Of a stretch of 64,000 nt of DNA, positions 13,801 through 25,369 are shown one piece after another. Where the stretch lies: assembly GCF_009834535.1 (NCBI RefSeq), contig NC_045696.1, forward strand, positions 60,390,001 to 60,454,000, given 5' to 3'. The number at the start of each line of letters is the position of its first letter. Position 1 is the first letter of the stretch. A program made the translations under genes and the position numbers. The notes below the pieces were generated by a model, which worked only from the letters and a program-made list of their open reading frames with translations, ran no database searches and was not told where the DNA came from. This stretch comes from Camelus ferus (taxonomy: Eukaryota).

Positions 13801-14489
13801 TCAGATCTACAGCCTCTTCTCAGCTGGCCCCCTTATTACTGACCAACACACACACAGCTACCCCACTGGGTCCTGAGACAGTAAAGCCAAACCAAGCATC
13901 CATTCATTCACCATTCCACCTAACTCACAAGCATCCCTCCTCCTGCCAGATCTCCTGAGAACCACTTTCCAATCACAGTAGCCAAGAGAAGAACAGATCT
14001 GAACTGAAGGGTTTAGGGTAACACCCAGCCTGTCTTCCCGCTGGGCACTGCCTTCTTGGACAGTGTTCTTCAGGCTCCAAAGCTCTTAGCAGAAGTCCTG
14101 ACTCCCAAAACTGGAGTGAAGGGAGAAAAAGGTTTATGGGAAACTTCTGGAGGACCAGCCACTTCAGTCATGTCAGCCATCCAGGCTGCAACCTGGTCCC
14201 ACACAGGCTTTGCTCAGGCCAGAGGCACAGAGCAGAAAGGATTAAAGGCAACAACTATGTCTTGGTTCAAAGTGCCTCCGTCTTTCACCTGTCAACCAAA
14301 ATAATCAAATCTACTTCAGAATGTTATGAAGATTAGGACAATGCATGTTAAATGTTCAGCACATAAGAAATGCCCACCAGTTGTTAGTTATTATCATTTT
14401 CTTACCCTTTCAGCCTGGGATGTGCTTCCCGACTTTACCACTGATGGTAAAGACCTAATGCACATAGCAGCTCCCTCAGTCCCTAGCCA

Positions 14490-17400
14490 GGTGAGTTCAG
14501 TTTAGCAGAACAAGCACTGACTGAGCATCTTCCATATGCTGAGCACTAATGGCAGGTATTGAGAACACAGAAATGATAAGACATGCCCCTGAACTTGAGC
14601 GGTTCACAGGCCTAAGGAAGACAGGAAAGAAACAGCTCACTTCAAGGCCACACAGTAAACGCAGTGACAGAGATGTGGGAGCGGGGAAAGCCAGTCAGAT
14701 CATGGAGGCTGCCAAGGTAAGTTTGAACTGACTTCTGAAGGCAGTGAGAAACCATTGAAAAGCTTTAAGCAAAGGAGTCAATGCACAGATTTACGCTTTA
14801 AAAACAGATCACTCTTAGCAGAAGGAAGGAAATAATAAAAATCAGGGAGGAAATAAATACAATAGAGATTTAAAAAATAAAAAATAAATCAAATCAAAAG
14901 CTCGTTTTTTGAAAGAGTAAATAAAATCGACAAACCACTGGCCAAACTCACAAAGAAGAAAAGAGAGAGCACAAATAAACAAAATAAGAAAGGAAAATGG
15001 AGAAATTACAACAAATAACATAGAAATATAGAATCTCATATGAGAATATTATGAAAAACCATATGGAAGCAAAATGGATAACCAAGAGGAGATGGACAAG
15101 TTTCTGGAAACATACAGTCCACCAAGACTGAATCAAGAAGAAACTGACCACTTGAACAAATCGATCACTAGAAATGAAATCGAATTAGCAATAAAAAAAA
15201 AAAACCTCCCTACAAATAAAAGTCCAGGACCAGACGGCTTCACCAGGGAATTCTACCAAACATACAAAGAAGAACTCACACCAGTCCTTTTCAAACTCTT
15301 CCGGAAGATTGAAAAGGAGGGAATACTCCCAAACTCATTCTATGAAGCCACCATCACCCTGAGACCAAAACCAGGCAAAGACACTACCAAAAAAGAGAAT
15401 TACAGACCAATATCACTGATGAACATAGATGCAAAAATCCTTACCAAAATATTAGCAAATAGAATCCAACAGCACATAAAAAAGACAGTTCATCATGATC
15501 AAGTGGGGTTCATCCCAGGGACACAAGGGTGGTTCAACATACAGAAATCAATCAATGTAATACATCACATCCACAAGAGAAAGGACAAAAACCACATGAT
15601 CATCTCAATAGATGCATAAAAAGCATTTGATAAAATTCAACACCCATTTATGATAAAAATTCTCACCAAAGTGGGTATAGAGGGAACATATCTCAACATA
15701 ATAAAAGCTACATATGACAAACCTACAGCTAGCATAGCACTCAACGGTGAAAAACTCAAAAGCTTCCCACTAAAATCTGGGACAAGACAAGGATGCCCAC
15801 TATCACCACTCCTATTCAAAATAGTCTTGGAAGTCCTAGCCACAGCAATCAAGCAAGAGAGAGAAAGAAAAGGGATCCAAATTGGAAAAGAAGAGGTAAA
15901 ATTGTCACTATATGCAGATGACATGATACTATATATAGAAAACCCTAAAAGGTCCACACAAAAACTACTAGAAATAATCGAAGAATTCAGCAAGGTAGCA
16001 GGTTACAAGATTAACATACAAAAAAAAAGTTGCATTTCTTTACATTAACAATGAATCAACAGGAAAAGAAAGTAAAGAAACAATCCCCTTTAAAATAACA
16101 CCCAAAATAATAAAATACCTAGGAATAAATCTAACCAAGGAGGTGAAAGACTTATACACAGAGAATTATAAACCACTGACGAAGGAAATAAAGAAGACTT
16201 AAAAAAATGGAAAGATACCCCATGCTCCTGGATTGGAAGAATCAATATTGTTAAAATGGTCATACTGCCCAAGGCACTTTACATATTTAACACAATCCCT
16301 ATCAAATTACCCAGGACCTATTTCATAGAACTAGAACAAATCATAATAAAATTTATATGGGATCACAAAATACCCAGAATTGCCAAAGCATTACTGAAGA
16401 AAAAGAAAGAGGCTAGAGGAATAACCCTCCCAGACTTCAGACAATACTACAGAGATACAGTCATCAAGACAGCATGGTATTGGTACAAAAACAGACAAAG
16501 GGACCAATGGAACAGAACAGAGAGCCCAGAAATGAACCCACAAACTTTTGGTCAACTAATCTTTGACAAAAGAGGCAAAAGCACACAATGGAATAAAGAC
16601 AGTCTCCTCAGCAAATGGTGCTGGGAAAACTGGACAGCAGCATGAAATCAGTGAAGCTAGAACACTCCCTTACACCATACACAAAAATAAACTCAAAATG
16701 GATCAAAGACTTAAACATAAGACAAGATGCAATAAACCTCCTAGAAGAAAACATAGGCAAAACATTATCTCACATACATTTCAAAAATGTTCTCCTAGGG
16801 CAGTCTATCCAAGCAATAGGAATAAAAGCAAGAATAAACAAATGTGACCTAATTAAACTTACAAGCTTCTGCACAGCAAAGGAAACCATAAGCAAAATAA
16901 AATGACAACCTACAGAATGGGAGAAAATTTTTGCAGAAGATGAAACTGAAAAAGGCTTGATCTCCAGAATATATAAGCAGCTCATAGAACTTAATAAGAA
17001 AAAAACAAACAACCCAATCCAAAAATGGGCAAAAGAACTAAACAAGCAATTCTCCAAGGAATAAATACAAATGATCAATAGGCACATGAAAAAATGCTCA
17101 ATATCACTAATTATCAGAGAAATGCAAATCAAAACTACAGTGAGGTATCACCTCACACCAGTCAGAATGGCCATCATTCAAAAGTCCACAAATGACAAAT
17201 GCTAGGGAGACTGTGGAGAAAAGGGAACCCTCCTACACTGCTGGTGGGAATGCAGTTTGGTGCAGTCACTGTGGAAAACAGTATACAGACTCTTCAAAAA
17301 ACTATGAATAGACGTATCTTATGACCCAGGAATCTCGCTCCTGGGCATATATCCAGAAGGAACCCTACTTGAAAAAGACACCTGCACCTTAATGTTCATA

Positions 17401-18090
17401 GAAGCACTATTTACAATAGCAAAGGCATGGAAACAGCCTATATGTCCATTGATAGATGACTGGATAAAGAAGAAGTGGTATATTTATACAATGGAATACT
17501 ATTCAGCCATAAAAATGACAACAGAATGCCATTTGCAGCCACATGGATGTCCCTGGAGAATGTCATTCTAAGTGAAGTAAGCCAGAAAGAGAAAGAAAAA
17601 TACCATGAGATTACTCATGTGTGGAATCTAAAAAAAAAAAAGAAAGAAAGAAAAAGACAAAAGAACATAAATACAAAACAGAAACAGACTCACAGACATA
17701 GAATACAAACTTGTGGTTGCCAAGGGGGCGGGGGGTGGGAAGGGACAGACTGGGAGTTCAAAATTTGTAAATACTGACAGGCATGTATAGCCCAGGGAAA
17801 TACATACAAGATCTTGTGGTAGCTCACAGTAAAAAAGAATGTGACAATGAATATATGTAAGTTCATGTATAACTGAAAAATTGTCCTCTACACTGGAAAT
17901 TGACACAACACTGTAAACTGACTATAACTCAATTAAAAAAAAAACTGATCACTTTAGTAGAAAGCAGTTAGGAAGATATGAATTATCCAATCAAGAAATG
18001 ACACCTTGGACAAGACAGTGCAAGGGAGACAGAGAAAAAGGGATGGATTTCAAAGATGCTAGATAATGAACACCAAAGGCCTTGACACTG
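14490..18090 (-). mobile_element. L2 relic split by the L1 insertion (L2 sequence at ~14490-14818 and ~17946-18090)
   Basis: L2-like cactgactgagcatcttccatatgct...ccattgaaaagctttaagca...gatcactct on the left, continuing as gcagttaggaag...gggatggatttcaaaga on the right. Confidence 0.6.
14819..17944 (+). mobile_element. 5'-truncated lineage-specific LINE-1 (ORF2 RT and C-terminal region, 3' UTR, poly-A); inactive
   Basis: The ORF pieces 15074-15619, 15650-16048, 16256-16645, 16615-16905 and 17475+ are L1 ORF2 ([33 protein letters not shown]). There is an in-frame TAA at 15617-15619 and several frameshifts. G-rich 3' UTR at ~17723-17743; degenerate TSD at 14801-14818 / 17941-17957; TTT/AAAA endonuclease site. 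Confidence 0.96.
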
Positions 18091-19890
18091 TCTAATCCCT
18101 CAGTGTTCGGAGATTGAGGGAGAGGGAGGTGACATAGAGGCATTTACATCCACCATTTAAAAAATCAACTCTCTCTTATGGCACTCAGGGCAATTTAACT
18201 TGCACTGTGGTCATCTGCTTCTTGTTCATTTGGTTAGTCAACTAGCATTTACTGTCCGCTTAAATGCCAGGCCCTGCCTCAGATGCCAATGACAAAGCAG
18301 CTGAGAGAGAAGTTCAGCAAAGACCAGCAAAGGGGAAAGATATGAGCACAGAGCCTGGGGAATGCTGACCTTTGGCCGGAAGGTAGGGCACAAAGAGGAA
18401 GATACAGGGGACCAGGCTCAAAACTCAGCCTGGGTCAGACTGTGCAGGACCCAAGCTAAGGAGTTTGAACTCTGGGTGGACACAGGGAGCCACTGAAGGT
18501 TTTAAACAGAGGAGAGAGGATCCCAGCTGAGCCTTAATGGATCCCTCTCACAGAGTTGAACCAAGAATTGTCTTGTCTCTCTTTTTGGAATCGCTGGAGA
18601 CAAGGGCCTCATGTTTTCCATCTGGGTATCTTGTTTCATGCTTAACACAGCACCCATTCTTTAGCAAGTAGTCCACAAGTGTCTGTTAGGTGCACAAACA
18701 CTCAGGTATGCATCCAAAGAAAATGCATGGCAAGTATGTAGAGAGACTGGTTAAGCTAAATAAAGTGGAAGACTTCTGACACATCAAGGTCTTTCCAAGG
18801 TTCCTCGATCACACTAAAAACATGGCCACGTGCCTTTTTGCCTAGGAGCGAACAGCTGTGGCTAAGAGTTCTGAAATATCTTTGAGGAGCTATTCCAAGT
18901 CTCTGAGCACCCATTCCTAAAGCAGCTTGAATACTTCCAGGGCTGGGTGTAAGGAGCTCAGGACAGGATGCAGGATACAGCTCTGGGCCTGCCAGGGTGA
19001 AGGGGAGCGACAGCGATACCTTTTGCTGAGCACTGGCCACCTGCCAGCCAACCTGCTGTGTTTTTCATGTGTACCTGTGCACATGAAGAGGCGGTAACTA
19101 GCCAGTTTGGATTCCCCCACCCCAACCTTGAACCCCATCTGCCTCACCAGCCTCTGTCCTTTGGCTCAAAACCTCCAGGTTTGGGACCCTGCTCTCTTGC
19201 TATTGTGTAAGGCCATGAGTTGATTCTCTCCCCTCTTGGGGGACTCATTCCCCCTGTTATAATGCCAGGGGACCCTCCTGCCCCTCTCTACAAAGATGAG
19301 AAAAATGCAAGGGACAGTGAAAACTTCAAGGCTGAGCGATCATTATACAGCCAAGACCCTGGGTGCAAGTAGCTTCCTGATAAACATCCAAGTATGGTTT
19401 GTTTGCTTTTAAGGGTTTAACTCTCTGTTTCTAGGGACAGCCACTTCAGTTCCATACCTACACTGAATATTTACTATAACTAATCATCAACAGGGAGAGG
19501 ATAAAGAAAAAGAAAAACGAAAACCTGCAGACATCAGGGAATCCAGAAATCTATTTGGCTTCAGCATACATGAGTTTTTCAGAAATAAATTTACCTTCTT
19601 ACATTGGTTTGATTCAATATTAAAAAGAGTTGATATTATCTGAGTCCTCTGTTCATGGAAACCCTCCATGGGTTGGGGGAGGAGTGTCCAGGATTCAAAA
19701 TCCACTACAAATACCAGAGACGTTTTTGCACACAGATGGTTAAGAGTTGACTGCAATATTTTCTCAATTAAGCTGGAATACCAAAATAAACTTCTGAGAC
19801 CATTACTTTTAAAGTGCACTGTAATGTTTCCATTCAGCTTCCTGTCTGGTGACCCTATACTCACAGACCCCCCACACCACCCAGGCCTAC

Positions 19891-19941
19891 CTGCTGGGCT
19901 GCCTCGAGGAAGAGTTCCTGCACTTGAGACATCTGGGCCGT
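19891..19941 (-). CDS. SLC12A8: SLC12A8 first coding segment: ACG GCC CAG ATG TCT CAA GTG CAG GAA CTC TTC CTC GAG GCA GCC CAG CAG = (T/M)AQMSQVQELFLEAAQQ. First true ATG at 19932-19930; whole exon 19986-19891
   Basis: Matches the recalled human N-terminus MTQMSQVQELFHEAAQQ. Acceptor tgtttaccttccag at 20000-19987; donor CAG|gtaggc at 19890. The phase-0 end joins in frame with exon 1209-1063. Confidence 0.93.
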
Positions 19942-20379
19942 TCTGGTAGAAATGGGGGTCCTGGTGGTCTGGGTGGGGAGACCCCTCTGGAAGGTAAACA
20001 CCATCCTTGGTCAGGCTGACTCCTCCTTCCCTCTATCCTTATTGCCCATCCTTCCTCTAAATCAGACAAGGCCCTGGCTAAGGAAGGGACCTTGTTCTGC
20101 CTCATCTGGAAACATCCCCTTCCCTCTTTGCTACCCCAACAGAGCCCACTCATCCTTCAGAGCCTCCCTCTACTCAAATTTTGCTGTCCTTTTAAAGCCA
20201 CAGCTGCCCCCAGTTCTCTTTCTTCCCCGAGCTCCTTCAATATGGAGGTCAGAGCCAATGGCCCAGCCCTTGAGGACACAGTTTTACACTCCTCTCCTTC
20301 CTTGTGAACCCAGTGGTCCAGGGCAAGAGCACCATCATCTCACTAGAACTGGTTGCACGTGGTGAAAGGACCCCGAGAT

Positions 20380-21500
20380 TTACCGAGACCCGCTCCGGAG
20401 CCAGAGCCCCGACCCCTGGAGTCTGGGTCAGACCTGGGACCTGTATCCCTGCGGTACCCCGACTTACGCGAACCCCAGACAGCGCAGCGCACGCCCCCTC
20501 CAGCCTAGGCGCCGCCAGTACCAAGCTCTCAGGAATCTTGGGCCGGGCGGAGGCGGGTGTCTGCTTGGCCGTATGCAGACGTGCCAGGTGAGGACGAGGG
20601 GGCCCAAGGTGACCCAAGTGCCCCCAGGACTACAGGACAGAGCTCCCGGCAGGAAAGCAGCCGCCCCTAGACCAACGCGCGCACTCCCCACCCACCAGCC
20701 GCTCGGCGTCCGCCCGCACCAGTTCCCGGCACGCCAGCACCTAGCGCGGGGCCCGCCCAGTCCCCGCCCCACCGCCACGTGGCTGACCAGGTGTTCGCCG
20801 CGCGGGGCCCAGCTGTCCCGCTAACAAGGCGTCCCGCCCGGGCACGGGCACCCGGGCCACGAGTCTCGGGTCCAGGTGGAGAAGGAGGGGGCCGCGGAGA
20901 CTTCCCTTCCCCGAGGACGGTGCCCGCACACTCCCAGCCGCCCAGGAGGGCTCCCAGAATAAGGGAACCGCAATCTCGACCCGGGTGGGGAGCGACTGGG
21001 CAGGGACTGGCGGGTGGGGAGGTTAGGGGGAGGTCCCGCAAGCTCTCAGACTCGACGAGCCACTGCCGCCGCCGCCCTCGACAACTCGTTCAACGCACCC
21101 AGCCGAGGTGTCCAGCCCTGGGGTTAGGGGGACAAACAGGACGCGAACCTACTCACTGCAGCTCCTTTTAAGGACCTGCGTATCACACTGCACACAAGAG
21201 TGAGAAAGGCTGGAGGGGTGGAGGAGCCCGCGTCTCCCACTGGTCCGCAGCCCCCTGCGCAGGTGCAAAAGCGTCTGGACAAGAGACAGACAGCGCTCCA
21301 GGGATCCTAGAGTGCAGCGGCTACTCCAGCAGGTGACCCTCAGTCTCACAGGAAGTGGAATTCTTTCGCCAAGAAAGGGCATGCTGTTGTGTGGGGAGGA
21401 ATTCGCCTCATCGCCTTCAGTAATTCCCAGAACCGGCAGGGGGTGTGGGGGGCGAAGTAAGGTTTCCAGGGTCCCTGGCCCGCAGGAAAAAAAAAGAAAA
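20380..21500 (-). promoter_or_regulatory. SLC12A8: CpG island / SLC12A8 promoter with candidate non-coding first exon(s); donors GCA|gtgagt at 21156 and CGC|gtaagt at 20467
   Basis: Dense CpG and high GC 0.4-1.5 kb upstream of the first coding exon. GC box ccccgcccc 20762-20770, palindromic E-box gCCACGTGGc (CACGTG 20776-20781), ETS-like caggaagtg ~21349, NRF1-like tgcgcaggtgca ~21256. Confidence 0.85.
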
Positions 21501-21758
21501 AGAAATTAACATACAGAGAGATGAAATTATCTCTATTTCCAATCTGGCATATTTCCTAAGCCTGAAATAACTTACTAGGCCTCCATGTGGGCTTCTGAGG
21601 AACAGAAGGGCAGCTGGGAGTACTTCCCACGCCCACATGAGCCTTTGTGTGAAAATCCCTAAAAATAGAGGTTGTTATTTTAAAAACAAAAGGGAAGGCA
21701 AAGCCATGGGAACACTGACAGAGCCCCAACCTCTCCTGCTCCAGCAAAGGGTTTTTAT

Positions 21759-22113
21759 TTTTTGGTGTGGAAAGATATGTAATATAAAATGTGCCATTTA
21801 AACCATTTTTAAGTGTACAATTCAGTGGTATTAGTTACATTCATCATGTTGTGCAGACATTACTGCTGTCTGCTTTCAAAACTTTCTCATCACCCTAAAC
21901 AGAGATTCTGTACCCACTAAGCAATAATGCCCCATCCTCTCTACTCCTGGCCAGTAGTAACCTCTAATCTGCTTTCTGTCTCTATGAAATTGCTTCTTCA
22001 AGATACTTCATATAAGTGAAATCAGACAATGTCCTTTTTATGTCTGGCTTATTTCACTTAGCATTATGTCCTCAAGGTTCACTCATGCTGTGGTATGTGT
22101 CAAAACTTCATTC
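21759..22113 (-). mobile_element. L1 (L1MA/MB-like) 3' fragment with degenerate TSD
   Basis: ccatttttaagtgtacaattcagtgg...tttctgtctctatg...tggcttatttcacttagcat, flanked by ccagcaaag-g-gtttttat (21741-21758) and ccagcaaag-aa-gtttttat (22114-22132). Confidence 0.8.
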
Positions 22114-23193
22114 CCAGCAAAGAAGTTTTTATAATCCATTTCTGTAAGAGGAAAGAACCCGAATAAATTACAGATTAGTCACTTGTAAACAAATGATGGA
22201 TAGGTGGGCATGTTATTGGAATGCACTATTTATTTATATATTACATCTCTATGGAGAGTAGTGCCATCTTTATTATTCTCTGGGGTTTTTTTTTGTTGTT
22301 GTTTTTTGCCTCAAGACAGTTTCCTGTTTGCTATCACCATCTGATGAGCCTCCCTCGAAGTGTCAATGTGAACTTTGAAGAATCCACATTCAATTCTATA
22401 TCAGCCTAAGTTAAAAACATTAGAAAAGGAGACCCACCTCTCTGCTCATAACCACCTACTTCCTGTCACTTATCATTTTCAAAATAAATGAGAAGTTCCC
22501 TTTGAAGCTTATGAGCATCTTCTACACCTAAGAACGAATGTTTGTTTCTTTTCTTCCTGTTAAGGCTAGAGAAACCTGTCCATTTGCAAAGAAAAAGTGT
22601 ATCCTGCTTAGTGTAGATTTATCTCATAACAATAATATTAACTGTTAAAAAAACAACACTCTTATATTTAAAAATAGTATCCTACATAACCTTCAAATAG
22701 AACAATTCCATTTTTAAGATATTATACCCTACATGACCTAGTATAAGGATATGCATTGCATCATTAATTTGTAGCAAGTTTTTAAAAAATTATAACACCC
22801 TAAAGTCCATTAATAGAAGATTGATTAAATAAGTTATGGTACAGCCATACTATGACAGCCAACATTAGAAAGAATGAGGTTTTTTATGTGTATTAACATG
22901 AAAATCTGTTCATCACATAATAATGAGTAAAAACAGGAAGTTGTAGATTAATGTGTATAGTTTGTTATTTTTTTAAAAAGTAGTGCATATATGTATATAG
23001 TTTGTATGGAAAAATACACATCAGTCTGTTAATAGTGGTTATCTCTAAGGAGGAGGATTGAGATAGTAAAGTGGAAGAGGAAATCTACTTTGGTGTACAA
23101 ATTCTGGATTTTTATTGATTTTTTTCTCCTACAATGAGCACGTGTTATTTTTGGAATCTGAAAAAAAAAATGAGTAAGAAAATTAAAAGACAA

Positions 23194-23752
23194 TGTGGGG
23201 CAGATTGCATTTTCCAAAGATAACTGCACTAACATATTCCAACCCATATGCTCTTCTTGCAATATGACATTGACATTCCTTTAAAAAGAGATGGGAGTCT
23301 ATATTCCCTCCCCTTGAGCCTGAATAAACCTTTGTAAGTGCCTCAACCAGTAGAAGAAATGGAAGAAATGCCACTGTTTGACTTCCTAGGTTAGATCATA
23401 AGGGCAGTAGGGAGTCCAGCTGGCTTCCTTGCTCTCAGAGCACTTACCCATGGAATTCAGCCACCACGTTGTGAGGAAGCCCAGGCCACATGGGGAGGCC
23501 ACATGTTTCCACCAGTAGCCAGCATCAACTGCCAGACAAGTGAGTGAAACAAGCCTTCAGATGATGATTCAAGTCCCCAGCCTTAGATTCTTCCAGATGA
23601 GGTCCCAGACACTGCAGAGCAAAGACAAGCTGTGCTTTCTGGCCTCTGTCTGAATTCCTGACCACTGAAACCATGAGAGATAATAAATTATTGTTGTTTT
23701 AGGCCACTAAGTTTTGGGGTAATTTGTTATTCGGCTATAGATAGCAAATACA
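23194..23752 (+). mobile_element. MaLR solo LTR (MLT1-type)
   Basis: TG...CA ends; ccaccacgttgtgaggaagcccagg and the terminal ttgttgttttaggccactaagttttggggtaatttgttat...gatagcaaataca. Confidence 0.85.
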
Positions 23753-24239
23753 TAGTGCATCTAACCAAGGTAAAAAAATTTTGTTTCCTTTCACAGTTTT
23801 TAAAATTCATTTCAAATTGTTTGAATTTACTGTTATTACAGGGCCATTGTATTTTCTTAAACTCACCTTTTTTTCTGTTCAGGAACCATGCCAGCTGGAG
23901 TTGAAGCCCACCGTAGTGAGGTGGTTTTTCTGTGGGTCTTACCCTGCTCAGCAGACAGAAGATTCTTCATCTTGTTCCTTTCCAGCGGCTGGTGCTAGGA
24001 ATTGCCTTCTGTATGAAGACTGGAGAAGAAACTGTGCCTTGAAAAATGACCTCACTTGTCAGAAAGTTTGAACCCTGGGGAGGAACCAGAGCTTGGACAA
24101 AGTAAACCAATAATAGAAAGGTGAAAACAGGTTGAAAACATTAAATCAAGATATAAATACGTATAATTACAAAGACATATCTCACAGCCTAGGCCCTAGA
24201 ACCAGGGTCAGAAAGGCTGCAAAAGGCGGGTGAGCGAGT

Positions 24240-24382
24240 CTGGTGGTCCTCTCCCCAGGCTGCGCTTTATAGTCCCCTGGGAGTGGTTTCAGAAAATACC
24301 TGAGTCTGGGGGGGTCTGGGCATCAGTATTTTCTTCAAACTCCTCAGGTGATTCTAAAGTACAGCCAAGGTTGAAAACTATG
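24240..24382. mobile_element. MER5-like hAT-Charlie element
   Basis: ctgggcatcagtatttt...ctcaggtgattctaaagtacagccaaggttgaaaactatg terminus. Confidence 0.65.
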
Positions 24383-24541
24383 GAATTTCTAGCTCAATCA
24401 TTTCAGGGTTTTATTTTTTCTCTCTTCTCTAAAATCCCTGAGAGAGAGCATACATCCTGTCCACAGTGGTCTTACTTCAGATTAATCTTCAATGACAAGG
24501 AGAACTGGTGAAACATTTGTTCAGAAAACACAAGTAACTTA

Positions 24542-24604
24542 CTATACATATATATATTTATATAATTATATTTATTTATATATATTTATATAATTAACAT
24601 ATAC
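24542..24604. repeat. (TA)n-rich low-complexity repeat
   Basis: Directly visible in the sequence. Confidence 0.85.
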
Positions 24605-25369
24605 TTTTTTTCTTTTGTTTGTCATTGTGATGCACTTCCCTGAGGCATGCTTGCCTATCTAAAACTTCACAGATATTATGCACACACTCAGAAAAGTTTG
24701 CTGGCTTTTGAACCAGGTTTAGTTCCAATACCTGGCTCTCTCCTCTGCACAATACAACCTCTCTAATCCAGGTTAAGAGATAAGACAAAAAAAAAAAGGT
24801 TTTCCTTTTTCCTGCACTTTACAGTGCATTTCCAAGAGCCCCAGTTGCAAAAGGAAGTCTATCAGAAGGGCCGTCAGGTGTTACCAGGAGTTGGAAGAGG
24901 GTGACTCAGGAGATGCAAACCTGATGGAAGTACCAGCCCCTCACAGAGCCTGAAAGCTCCCAATTTCCCAGAGAGATGGGACAGGACCCACGGGAGGCTG
25001 GTCTTGCTATGGCTTTCCTGGTTGGACTGAGTGGAGAGGGAGGAGCCGCCACTGTCCTGTGTCAGATGTCCCCAGCTCCTGTTGAGCAGGTTTCTCCTCC
25101 AGGATCTAAGCAATTTGTTGACTCTGAGGGTTTGCCCTTGGACAAGAGAAAGGCATTCTCTATCAGCCACCTGTCATCTGGCATGAGCCAGAACCTGGTG
25201 GGACCATGAGAAAACACAAGGTTCAAAGAGAAGCTGAATGAACAGGGTCCAATTTATCTTATGGCTGATGGTGGTGGCAACCTTACTGAACTGTGACAAC
25301 AGTGCAATCAGCACTCACCTTTGCTTAAATATCGTATATGGAAGACCCAGTGACAGACCTTCAAGAGTC

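Noticed and set aside
14842..17906. ORFs on both strands resembling a reverse-transcriptase system
   Set aside because: These are fragments of a dead L1 ORF2 and its antisense shadows, not a retron or novel RT system.
19739..19751. HNF1-like palindrome gttaagagttgac near the first SLC12A8 coding exon
   Set aside because: Three mismatches to GTTAATNATTAAC; too weak.
20249..21509. Many overlapping 60-130 aa ORFs on both strands
   Set aside because: They are Pro/Arg/Gly/Ala-rich by-products of the CpG island's low stop-codon frequency, with no recognisable domain.
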